Source: Ginglymostoma cirratum (lineage: Eukaryota). Taken from it: 64,000 bases of DNA. The position numbers and the translations under genes are program-made. Under the pieces are notes generated by a model. That model made no database searches and was not told where the DNA came from. It saw only the letters and a list, made by a program, of their open reading frames with translations. Numbering within the stretch: the first letter of the stretch is position 1; every line of letters begins with the position of its first letter. The DNA is taken from assembly GCA_024137785.1 (NCBI GenBank), contig JAHRHZ010000009.1, forward strand, positions 43,387,040-43,451,039, in the 5' to 3' direction. Shown piece by piece: positions 50,451 through 61,972 of this stretch.

Positions 50451-51249
50451 CTGTCAAAGTAAAATAATGTTACTATCTTTTAGTGATTTAGCTGGACATT
50501 TACAGTTTTGGGCTATCTTTAATCGGGAGGGGGGGCGTGGGGTGCGTGATACCAGAGTGATTTTCCCGTCAAAGTTGTAACAAAATATTACAGAATACAA
50601 CAAATTTGAAGCAACATAACACCATCTAGCTTTCCACTTCAGCCAGCAGAAAGCCAATCCCAATTTATTTATTGCGCAATGGGAGAATTACATCTGAATT
50701 ACTGAGTACTCTGCAATTTAGCCAGACATGTACACAATACAGCTTCAGTACAAATACAATAGAGTGCATTACTTAGATGGAATTACTCTGCTATCAGAAT
50801 ATTGAGGATTGAAGTCCAGACTTGCGCATTGAAGATATATTGATTAGCAAACCTAATAAAACAACATTACTAATAAATTCTGAAAGATCAAAGATGGATA
50901 GGAATGCGAATAAAGGCCGTGTTCTTTTCAAAGCAATTTTGATTTTGTTGTAACTCCTCCATGCTGTTGCAAAAGAGGGGCTGGAAAATTAATTTTCAAT
51001 TCAATTTAAAAGTTGTTGAATGAAGTGTTATATCCCAAACAATTGGGCTGAAAAGAAATCATTGTGCCGCAAGGGCAGACAACAGATATTCCATGGCTGT
51101 TAGCATCAAAACTCGCATACATGATTGTGACAAATGCATTAGGAGCAGGAAACTGCAGAAAATGTTGAAAAATACATCAACCATGCCTGCTCATTTATAT
51201 ACAGGCGTAAACAATCTGAAGGAAGTGGTCATTCCAGCAATTCTGCAGC

Positions 51250-52240
51250 AAACCCTGGACAATATCTAGTGTTGGGCTGACATGCAATAACATTTGAGTC
51301 ACTCAAGTCACGGGCAATAACCATTTGTAACAAAAAATGAAAGTAACCATCCTCATCTTGTTAAAACTGATCATAAATTAAACTGGACCAGCCATACAAA
51401 TATTGTGGCTTACAAGAGCAAGGTCAAAAATCACATGACATCAGATTATACATCAGATTGTTAAATTAAAGATTTAACAGCCATCTTAGGTTTGTTTAAC
51501 ACAAGCGCATCAGTTCAATGACACTTTGATCTTTTGCTTATAAATTCTGTGTCTGATGCCACCTCTCTCACTGACACTCGAAGAAGGAGTAAGACTCTGA
51601 AAGCTTGTATCTTCAAATAAACCTGTTGGACTTTAGCTTGGTGTCATGTGATTTTTGACCTTGTCCATCCTGATCCAAAACCGGCACCTCCACGTCATTA
51701 CAAGAGCAAGTCAGAGACTAAGAGTTCAATGGTGGGTGACTCATGTCATTTCTCCCCAAAGCCTGTCACACATGTCAGGAGTGTGGTGGAATGCTTCCAC
51801 TTTCCCAGATGAGGGCAGCTCCGACAAGACTCATGAAGCTCAGTGCCATACAGGAGAAAGCAACCCCTTTGATCGATATCCCATCGAGCACCTTCACATT
51901 CATTCCCTTCACCACTGATGCATGGTAAAATATGCACTGCAGTAACTCAGTAAATCCTCTGATGGCACTTTTAAAACACATGACATTGAAGGACAAAGTC
52001 AGCAGATGTGACGGAACATGACGGCCCATAAGTTCTCCCTCAAGCCAACTCTATACTAACTTGAAGGTATATCACTGTTTCTTCACTGTTCCTGGATGAA
52101 AATCTAGTAACTCCCTTCCTACCTGCACTGTGGGTATCCCTGCACCACACGAATTCAAGAAGGTGGCTCTCCATCTTCTCTAGGGCAATTAGGGATCAGC
52201 AACAAATGCTGGTTGGAACAACAATGTTATCCCCATGAAT
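51250..52240 (+). mobile_element. CR1-type LINE 3' part with a Penelope family-B insert (51423-51697)
   Basis: aaattaaactggaccagccatacaaat and 3' end ctagggcaattaggga; insert TSD ttacaagagcaag at 51410-51422 and 51698-51710. Confidence 0.75.
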
Positions 52241-52269
52241 AAGCATTAAAAATGCTGGGCACTGTATGT

Positions 52270-52580
52270 AATTTTTTTTAATCGTGCATGGAATGTGGGT
52301 ATAGCTAGCTAGGCCAGCATGTATTGCCCATCAGGGATTGTCCAGAGGGCAATTTCGAGTCAATCACATTGCTACGGAAACCAGACCAGGTAAGGACAGC
52401 AGATTTTCTTTCTTAAATGATGTTAGTGAAGGAGATGGGTTTTTTCCCAATAATTGAGAGTAGTTAAATAGTTGCCATTAGGCTAGATTTTTATTCCAGA
52501 TTTTTATTAATTTCAAATTGTGGCATCTTCCATCATGGGATTCAAAACTGTGTATCGAGAAGATTAATCTGGGATTGCTG
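52270..52580 (-). mobile_element. DeuSINE-type SINE
   Basis: ggccagcatgtattgcccatc...gagtcaatcacattgct...ccagaccaggtaagga. Confidence 0.75.
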
Positions 52581-52606
52581 ACTTCACGCAGTTTAGCAAC
52601 AGTCCA

Positions 52607-52783
52607 AGCAGCATCATAGGAGCAGGAAAGCTTGACGTTTCGGGTCTAGACTTCTTATGAAGGGTCTAGGCCCGAAACGTCAAGCTTTCCTGCTCCTATG
52701 ATGCTGCTTGGCCTGCTGTGTTCATCCAGCCCCACAACTTGTTATCTCGGATTCTCCAGCATCTGCAGTACCTTTTACCTCTG
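52607..52783. mobile_element. Palindromic mini Penelope element (family A) with 11-bp TSD
   Basis: Arms gcagcatcataggagcaggaaagcttgacgtttcggg / cccgaaacgtcaagctttcctgctcctatgatgctgc; TSD gcaacagtcca at 52596-52606 and 52784-52794. Confidence 0.9.
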
Positions 52784-53159
52784 GCAACAGTCCAGGTTAT
52801 GCCAAAATAATTATAGTCAAACGGATTCAAGCTAAAAAGAATCTGAGATGTAGAAATACAAAGGTTAGTTATGGTGGAGAAGCTATGGTCAAGACAAAGA
52901 AGTGTATGCAGCAAGTCAGCATCACTGTGAAGCAGGTTTAGAAATGGACCAGTATGACAATGGCAGCAACTGTGGGAGATCGAATTAGCAGCAGAGAGCC
53001 CCTTCTACTTATTTCTACCCATTGGAACCAAAGTGTGATGCCATAGTAAACCAGGAAAGTGATAGAAGATATTTATTTTGTTTATCTTAATTCATCAATG
53101 GTTTAAATAAGGAGACATTAGTACAGCTGGAGAGTGCAGTTTAGAAATAAATATTTAAC

Positions 53160-55750
53160 ACTGAAATTGATTAATTTTTTAGAATAGAACTGACTGGGCA
53201 GGTGATATATTGCAACTGTGGGAGATGGTGGGCAGTTGTTCTATCTGTGGTAACCACATCAGCTGCAAGAATTTGCTGCTCAAGGATCGTCAGCTCAGAG
53301 CTGATGAGGTGGAGTGCAAGTTCTGGACAATGTGACATGTCAGAGAAAGGGAATATTTACATGAACACTGCATTTCAGGAAACAGTCGTGTTCCTTAGAT
53401 TAATTACATCCAATTTGGTCCATAATGAGAAACTGGAGGGTATGACCCCAAATGATACAAGTATTGGGATCCAGAATCTAGTCTGAGAGGAATTTTAACC
53501 AGTACTTTTATTCAATAATTACAAGGTTCTTGCTCCCAGTGTGGAAGAGGACATAGACAGCAGGGAGGATGAGCGAACTGACAAAAGTACAATAGACCAG
53601 AGTGCCATTTAAGCAGAGGCTAGTATCGAAAAATGTAGTAGAGTTGAGGGACTGCATAGTTAGGGGAATAGATACTATTCTCTGCAACAAAGACAGAGAA
53701 TGCTGAAGGCAATGTTATCTGCCTGGTGGTCAGATTAAATGCATCTTCCCAGGATTGCAGAGCAACTTGGAGTGGGTAGGAAGGATCCAGTTGCTGTGGC
53801 CCATATAGGTATCAACAACATTGTTAGGATTATGAAAGAATTTCTGAAGAGAAATTATGAGCAGAAACACCAAAGGTAATAATCTCAGGATTACTACCTG
53901 AGCCATATGCAAATTGACATTGGTAAATTAAGATTAAAGAGGTAAATATGTGATTCAAAGATTGGTGTGGGAGAAATGGGTTCCAATTTATGGTTCACAG
54001 GTATCAAAACTGGGGAAAGATGAAACAGTTCCATTGAGAAAAGTTTCATTTGAATGATCTGGGACCAGAGTTCTGGAAAATCATATAACTAAGTTTGTAG
54101 ATAGGACCTACAGTAATTCTTGGGGAAAGGCCTCAATTGAGGGCAAGTTAACAGTGTCAAGAGAAATGAAACAGCAGAGCTGCAGCATATTGAAGTGATG
54201 AATTAAAATCAAAGTGTGACATGAAGTGGTAAAAAATATAAACAAAAAAGTGCAGCAGGAACTAAATTTAGAGAGAGAGTAATTGTAAAAATTCAAAGCT
54301 ACATGATCTTTATCTGAATGAAGGCAGCATTTGTAACAAGATACCCGAGTTGATGTCACAAATATAAATAAATGAATATGACTTGGTAGCTGTTGCAGAC
54401 ATGTGATTGCAGGGTGACCAAGACTGGGAACTCAATATTCAAAGTATTCAATGTTCTAGAAAAATTAGGAAAAAAGAAGAGGAGGCAGGGCAACATTGTT
54501 AATAAAGAAATGTATCAGTGCAGTGGTGTGTAGTTGCACAGATACAAAAGAATGTGCCAAGGAACTTCACAAGAAAATAAGTTACTGCAAGTCCAATGTA
54601 GGATAATGTAGGATAGTCAGGGGAGAATACGTCTGTCGAACTTGATTGAATTTTTCCAACAGATGAGGGTGTTATAGTTGACATAGTCTGCATCGACTTT
54701 GGTAAGGCTTTGGTCAAGATCTCATATAGCAAGCTGGTTAAGAAGCTAACAGCTCATGAGATTCAGGGCAATTTGGTAACTTGTATTAAAAATTGGTTGA
54801 ATAGCTGGAAGCAGCGGATGATGGTCAAAAAGTGTTTTTGTGATTAGATGTCTGCCTCAGTAATGTACCACAGGGTTCAGTACTGTGACCCATGCTGGTT
54901 GTGGAATATATTCATAATTTAGGCATAAATATATTAGCCATGATCAGTAAATTTACAGGTGACACAAAAAACGATGGTGTGGTAAAATTGTAGTGGTGAG
55001 AATGAAAAGTTAGGCTACAGGATGAGACAGATAGGCCAACAGTTGCAAATGAAATTTAATCCTTAGCATGAGATGATGCAATTTGGAAGGACTAACAAGG
55101 CCAAGAGCTACCTATTGAATGACAGGAACCTAAGAACAACACAGGCTCAGATCTTGGTATACATGTTCATGTATCATGAAAGCAGTAGGTCAAGTAGGTA
55201 AGGTAGTTAAGAAGGTATATGGGATACTTGCCTTTATTAGTCAAGGCATTGAATATAAAAACAAGAAGCTTACAGTGGAGCTGTATATAATATTACTTAG
55301 GCTATAACTGAAGTATTGTGTATCCATTCTGGTCACCACACTGTAGGGAAGATGTGATTGTGCTAGACAGGGTACAGAGCAAATTCACCAAGATGTTTCC
55401 TACCCTGGAAGAATTCAGCTATAAAGAGAGTCCAGACAGGCTTTTACCTTAGAACAGAGAAGGCTGAGGGGGAATATGACGAGGTATCCCAAATTATGAG
55501 AAGCATAGTTAGAGTAAATTGAGACAAGGTTTTCCCCATTATATAGAGGTCAATAACCAGGATATTGTTTTAAGGAAATGGGCAGAATGTTTATCAAAGA
55601 TTTGAGGAAATATCTTTTTTCACTCATATGTAAATGGGTTTCTGGAACTCACTGTCTAAAAGTATGGATATGGGATTAGAATAGATAAATATTTGATGAA
55701 TGGCATGGCCAAATGGCCTGAAGGGAATTTTCCAATTCTGTAAACACTCT
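53160..55750 (+). mobile_element. Old CR1 with ORF1 relic and degenerate ORF2
   Basis: ORF1-like gactgcatagttaggggaatagat...ctgcctggtg...cccatataggtatcaacaac (esterase-type block); RT relic gactttggtaaggcttt (DF.KAF). Confidence 0.7.
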
Positions 55751-55859
55751 GTGACATGAAGTGGGGTCATCTATAGGCTCCCAATGTGAGGGTCATGTAT
55801 ATGCAAACATGTAAGCAGGTATTTCATAATGCATGGCAAAGGTTTCTTCTAGTCAAAGA

Positions 55860-58220
55860 AAAGTACTTGATGAGAAGGAAGATCGTCAAGGATAGTCCCC
55901 AGTAAAAAACACTAAGATATACAAAGAAGTGAAAATTAGTGGTGGGCCAGAGGATTGGAACTTTTCTTAAGGTACCAGCCGTGAATGACTGAAAAGCGAA
56001 TAAAAATGGAGAACATTGATTATGTATGTAATTTAACAAGAAATATTAAAACAAACAGCAAGAGCTTCTTCAAGTAATAGGAAAAAAGAGTAGCTAAAGT
56101 GAGTGTGGGACCCTTGGAGGATGTGACTGAGGAATTGATAATGGGGATCAGGGAAATGGCAGATAAGATAAACCAATATTTTGCATTGGTTTTCATGGTG
56201 TATGACACTACAAACATGCCAGATATCAGTTACACAAGGTGCTAAAGGGAGGAAAAATCTTGTAACAGTTTCTATCACAAGAGAGAAAGTATTTGACAAA
56301 CTGATGAGACGAAAGGCAGACAAGCTGCCACAATCCAAGGGGTTTAACAGATGTGGTTGCAGAAATAGTGGAAACATTGGTCACAATATTCCAGAACACA
56401 CTAAATTCCAGAGGGCTCCAGCAGGTTGGGATTCTAATAATGTGACACCCTTGTTCAAGAAGGGAGAGAGACAGAAAGTAGGAATCCATGAGTCAGTTCG
56501 TCCAACATTTATTCTTGGGAAAATGCTGGAGTCCATTATGAATGAAGAAATAGAAAGACATTTAGAAAATGTCTTGTTCTGAATGACGACATGATGGCTC
56601 AGTGGTTAGCACTGCTGCCTGACAGAGCCAGGGACCTGGGATTGATTCCACCCTCGGGTGACTGTCTGTGTGGAGATTGCACATTCTCCCAGGGTCTGTG
56701 TGGGTTTCCTCTGGGTGCACCGGTTTCCTCCCACTATCCAAAGACGTGCAGGGTAGGCGGATTGGCCATGCTGTAGTGCCCAGGGATGTTTAGGTTTTGT
56801 TTTGTTAGACATGGGACCTGCAGGGTTAGGGGAATGGGTCTGGGTGGGATGCTCTTCGGAGGGGCAGTGTAGACCTGTTAGGCCAAATGGCCTGTTCTCA
56901 CACTGTAGGGATTCTATGAAAAGTTTAATGCAATCAAACAGAGCAGCCATGTTTTTGTAAAAGGGAAATAATGATTGGCAAATTTGCCTGAGTTCTTTGA
57001 AGGATATAACAAGTAGCTTTGATGTAGGGGAATGGGTAGCTGTAAAGTATTTGGATTTTCAGAAGGCATTTGATAAGGTGCCATTTAAAATGTTATTACA
57101 CATTACGTAAGATAGTAGCTCACAGTATTAGGGCTATGTATTAGCATGGATTAAGGATTGGGTTAATAGACTGAAAGCAAAGAATTAAGCTTGAAAGATT
57201 TTTCAGGTTGGAGCACCACAAGGATCAATTCTTGAGTCACAATTATTTATGCCATGGAGGAGAGACCAGAATGTAATCTATCCATATCTGCTGTTGATAT
57301 GGAAATAGGTGGGAGGGAAAGTGAGTGCACAAAACTTGGCAGATGGAGTTTAATACAGGAGTGTGTAAAATCATGCACTTTGGTAGGAAAAATCAAAATA
57401 TGCACTGTTACTTAAGTGAAGCGGTGCTCCAAAATCTGTGGCATAGAGGATTTTGCGTGTCCTGTGCATGCGGGTGTAGCAAGTAATTAAGAAGGCAAAT
57501 GTAATTTTGACCTTTATTGTTGGGTGGTTAGAATTTAAAAATAAGGTTATCTTATTAGAAATGTACATGTTGGTGAGACCACACTTAGTGTGCTATGTAT
57601 AGTATTGGTCCCTGTATTTATGAAAACATATGCTGACATGGGAGGCACTTCAAAAGACACTCACTAGGCTGATTCTCCTGTTGAAGAAGTGGACTTATCA
57701 AGTATGGTTAAGTGGATTAGGATCTTATTTCATTTTTGTATTCACTTATAGGATGTGGGCATCACTGGCTGGCCAACAATTATTACACATCCCTACTGCC
57801 CTTGAGAAGGTGAAGATGGGCGGCCTCCTTGAACCACTGCAGTCCATGTGTTGTCAAGTTTTGAGTTTAGAAGAATAAGGAGAGATCTTGTTAAAGGAAA
57901 AAACAAAATTCTGAGGGGCTTGGCAGGCTAGATATTGCGACATTTCACTTAGTGGGGGAACAAGGGTATATCGGTACAGAATAAGGGAAAATTCATTTAA
58001 CACTGAGACATGAAGGAACTTCTTCTCTCAGAGCACAGTGACTGTCTGGAATTTTCTAGCCCCAGAGTGTTAAAGAAGAGGCCATTGCATTTTTGAAACA
58101 TAGGGGAGATGAAAGCTATGAGAACCTGACATGGACGAGGAGTTGAGATCTGGGACAGATTAGCCATGACCTTATAGAATGGTAGGGCATTTCTATCACT
58201 GCAATGGGAAGGTGAAGAAG
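55860..58220 (+). mobile_element. CR1 ORF2 relic interrupted by an HE1-type SINE
   Basis: NNVTPLFKKGERQK..GKMLESIMNEEI; ttggattttcagaaggcatttgataaggtgcca (LDFQKAFDKVP). Confidence 0.85.
56588..56918 (+). mobile_element. HE1-type tRNA-derived SINE
   Basis: Pol III A box tggctcagtggttagcactgctgcc and B-box-like gggattgattcca; V-domain-like gtgtggagattgcacattctccc; tail cactgtagggattctatga. Confidence 0.85.
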
Positions 58221-60792
58221 GATACATGAAGTCCTATTAGAGCAAATGCAAGGATCAGTGTTGACACATTTGTGCACATTTCTCCAATAAGGCATGAGCT
58301 CAATGTCAACACTAACATCCTGCACATTAAAAGGCATGACAATTTATATATGTTGTATATCCCTTTTTGCATCTTTATTCCAAAGAATTTATGTGGGGTA
58401 TTTGCAATGGGGTCAACAGCACCATGCCCTTAGATCTCTACAATTCATGCAGCAGAAATATTACCATGCAACTTGTAATCTGACAATCAGGGAAACAACA
58501 TGTTCATTCAGGATGCTCAGTTAATTGCCAAAATATCTGTAGATAGGCTATATGTTTGCAAAGAAAATAATTCCCTTTAAAAAAAAGTATATAACTTTGG
58601 ATGTCTTAGATTCCATTCCCTTCAATATTAAAACATAGAAAAGCATACTCACTAAATCTATTGGACTGGCTTTGTAACTACTTTGCGAAATCCTCTTTGA
58701 TTCATAATGCAGCAATTTTCAGCTCAGGCCAGCTTACTGAGATATATTTCCCTATTTCCCTACTAAGATGCTGATTCGCTCACCAATTTAAATTCCATTT
58801 CAGTATTAAATGTTTTTGGTATGCTTAATGCTCCCAATTCAGTGCCTAACGATTGTCCTTTAACATTTCCAAGTATTCATGACTAAATCTCTCGATATCA
58901 TTAGACAGCTGGTGCTACAAATCAGTTGGTAGATTAAAGAATGTCTATGAATAATATTGCATGGTTAAAATTTTAAGATTTATTTCTCAAATGAGCTTGT
59001 TAAAAGCAAGGGGTCAGTGCTTGGTGTGTCACAACTTAAAGCTTCTGAACTTGCCCCTAAAACTACGGTGTAGGTCTTTTCAGACAGGATGTCAGGGACT
59101 GGTTTTTTTATCTTGTCGCAGAGCTCATTTCATTCTCTAAACGGCCATGTTTTAACTTCTTTTGTTGATAGTTCTCAGTTCCGCTTTCCTGTCTTTTTCC
59201 CATTCTCTTTGATTCCCTTACTAATTAAAAGTCTGTCTATCTGAATCCTGAATATACTTAATGACCCAATCCCCACAGTTCTCTGTGGTCAACAACTCTT
59301 TAAATTCATTATCTTCTGAGAGATGAAGTTCCTTCTTATTTGTTTCTTAAACAGGTGACTCCTCACTCTGAGAGTATGCTCTCTGGCAGGCCTAATAGAA
59401 GGCTTTTTTTTTTATTTCTCCTCTGAAGCACAACTTAGTTGAACTCAAGTTGTTTTAGTATTTTCTGCATGTCACATCAGTTTCTTGTGGCCTCATTACC
59501 AGGGGGTTTGGTCAGCTGTTTTGTGGATCTGAAATGTCACCAAATTCAAAATCTTATGAGGTTAGTCTTCACATATTCCTTCGGCATGTTTAGTACTTTA
59601 CTCTTTTGGTTGTGAGAGCAGACCTTATTCAAGTTTCCTCTGGAACAAAGATACCTGCCACATTTTTAGTGCTACTCTTGATACTCATTACTAAAAAAGA
59701 TGTCTTGAGATGCATTCCCCTTCATTGTTCATCCAGTGAATTGTTAATTGATTAAGTCATTGTTAGACATTAAAACCAAACTTTTTCGAATTTGAAATTT
59801 GTTCAGTTGCCATGGAGTGTAATGTTGCCACTCCAAGATTCTCCTTTGATTTTGCAGACTCACCCCTGAAAGGCATCCATGTTTGTATCGTGTATGTCTC
59901 AAGCAGTATTTAATCTGAGTGGTCTTCCTATCCATTTTTGTACTAGATTGGAAGTTCTTGGCTGCAGTTTTCATTTTAAAATACTCCTTTACCTTGCCAG
60001 ACATGCTGTCTCCGTTAATGAGTGCATGAGTTGTGCACTAATGAGGCTTTTTCCCTTTACAATGTGGACGTGGTGCATTGGTGGTGACAGCTCCTTCTGC
60101 CTTACCACTCTGATTCATTTAATGTGCTCTGAGGTTTATCTAATCACCATGTTTTAGCAGGTGGCCAACAGAGGTCATGACCAAAGGAATTAAAATTCTC
60201 TGAAGTGCTCCGAATGTTAGTGACAGATATTTGTCACTCTATATAGGATTGTATCGACTTCATAAAAACACGCAAATCAAAGGTTTTAATCACATCATAT
60301 CTCTCTGGCCTGACTAATCAGAATGCTGTCACTACTGTTAGCAGAAGTCCTAACCTGATCTTTACTGAGCTTTCTTTCAAGGCGAGAGGCAGCCATGACC
60401 TGTTGAAGTTCTAGTCCCATCAATCCATTGTGTGGCTCTATCAGGGTCCTCCATGTTGTCTCGGGACTCGGAATGATGAAAATATTCCTCTTCCCATGAG
60501 TTTCCTGTCAGATGCCATCAGGCTCTGGTAAACTGCTCGGATTACTGCTGCATGTACTTTACTCCAGGGCATTCTGGCAGTCAAAGGCTTTTCATTCTCC
60601 CAACTTTTATCAGTGTCAACTAGAATCCATCATAAACAGCTCTAAGTCCATACAACCACTACTGTCACAATGTATAGACAAGATAAGCATGTTCTGGAAG
60701 TGTTAGACAAAAAATGACAGTGCCATATTATTAACTAATTGCTCTATGTATGGAGACATGGTTGAGCTGGATTCTATCAGAACCTGCTTCTA

Positions 60793-60934
60793 GCATGATG
60801 TGGAGATGCCAGTGCTGGATTGGGGTGAACAAAGTCAGAAGTCACACGACACCAGATTATAGTCCAACAGGTTTATTTGAAATCACAAGCTTTCGGAGGG
60901 CTGCTCCTTCAACAGGTGAAGCGACAAGCACTTC
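60793..60934 (-). mobile_element. Penelope family-B pseudo-LTR solo insert with hammerhead-like motif
   Basis: Minus strand tcacCTGTTGAaGGAGcagccCTCCGAAAGCTTgtga; TSD acctgcttcta at 60782-60792 and 60935-60945. Confidence 0.85.
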
Positions 60935-61589
60935 ACCTGCTTCTATAAAGCTCTGGCACCATGTAATCAGAAATTACCAATGACGCAGTCTAGTTATTAG
61001 CAGTTAGGTAATAGCCCTCTATATTAGAAATATCAATAACTGATAAACACAGGAGCAAATGATCATTACACAAACTGCTGAGAGCATTCAGGTCCAGGAA
61101 AATCTCACCAAGAGACTACAGCTCTTAAGTACAGATGGATCCCAAAGCTCTTTCTTTCACATGTACTCAGAGGTTCACAGCTCTGCAGCTCTGTTATATT
61201 GGCTGATTCTTTTAGTTTTTTTGCAACTGCATGAATAATGATTGATTTATTCTGGGCACAATTAACCTGAAACAGTGTGAGGCTCTAGATCAGATCCTCA
61301 TCAGAGAGGATTTGAGAGTTACTGAGATAGTAATTTTTCCAGTTTGGAATCTATCTTGTTAAACAGAGGTTTTAGTTGATAATTGACAAAAGTCTGATGG
61401 GAAGATTGCAAATGTATAAATAATGGATTTAACACCAAGATGGTTTATTTAACTGATTTTGACTACAATGCAGGAAGGAAGAGAGATGGTCCTATTGAAA
61501 AATAAAAAATATTTAAAGACAAGGTTGATGCAGGTAAGGAGATAACACAGCATGAAGCGGGGGAACAAAGCAGGCTAGGCAGCCTCTTA

Positions 61590-61720
61590 GAGATAAAAGG
61601 TACTGCAGATGCTGGAGAATCCGAGATAACAAGCGTGGGGCTGGATGAACACAGCAGGTCAAGCAGCATCATAGGAGCAGGAAAACTTGACGTTTCGGGC
61701 CTAAACCCTTCATCAGAAAT
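61590..61720 (-). mobile_element. 131-bp Penelope family-A solo insert with intact hammerhead core
   Basis: Minus strand CTGATGAagggtttaggcccGAAACGTC (61689-61716); TSD ggcagcctctta at 61578-61589 and 61721-61732. Confidence 0.9.
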
Positions 61721-61732
61721 GGCAGCCTCTTA

Positions 61733-61972
61733 ATCTGGAATAAAGAGTCCAAAATGATGACTATGAAGCCATTGTCGATTGTCAGAAAAAATGCATCGAG
61801 TTCACTGATGTCCATAGGAAAGGAGATCTGCCATCTTTGTCTGTTCTGACTTATATTTGACTCCAGACTCACAGCAATGTGTTTGACTCTGAAGTGCACA
61901 TTGGGCAATTAGGGTTGAGCAATAAATGCTGGCCTAGTCATAGATGCTCGTATCCCGTGAGTGAATAGAAAA
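61733..61972 (+). mobile_element. DeuSINE-type SINE 3' half
   Basis: gactccagactcacagcaatgtgtttgactct...gggcaattagggttgagcaataaatgctggcc. Confidence 0.75.

Noticed and set aside
56588-56660. tRNA gene
   Set aside because: It is the tRNA-derived head of an HE1-type SINE and continues into SINE body and tail.
60180-60700. Possible Gypsy integrase C-terminal relic on the minus strand (LMGR-like motif)
   Set aside because: Too degenerate to support by eye.
1445-61720. Recurrent ~100-bp motif as a CRISPR-like or regulatory array
   Set aside because: Copies are dispersed, in both orientations, have individual TSDs and are contiguous with Penelope GIY-YIG ORFs; the DNA is eukaryotic.
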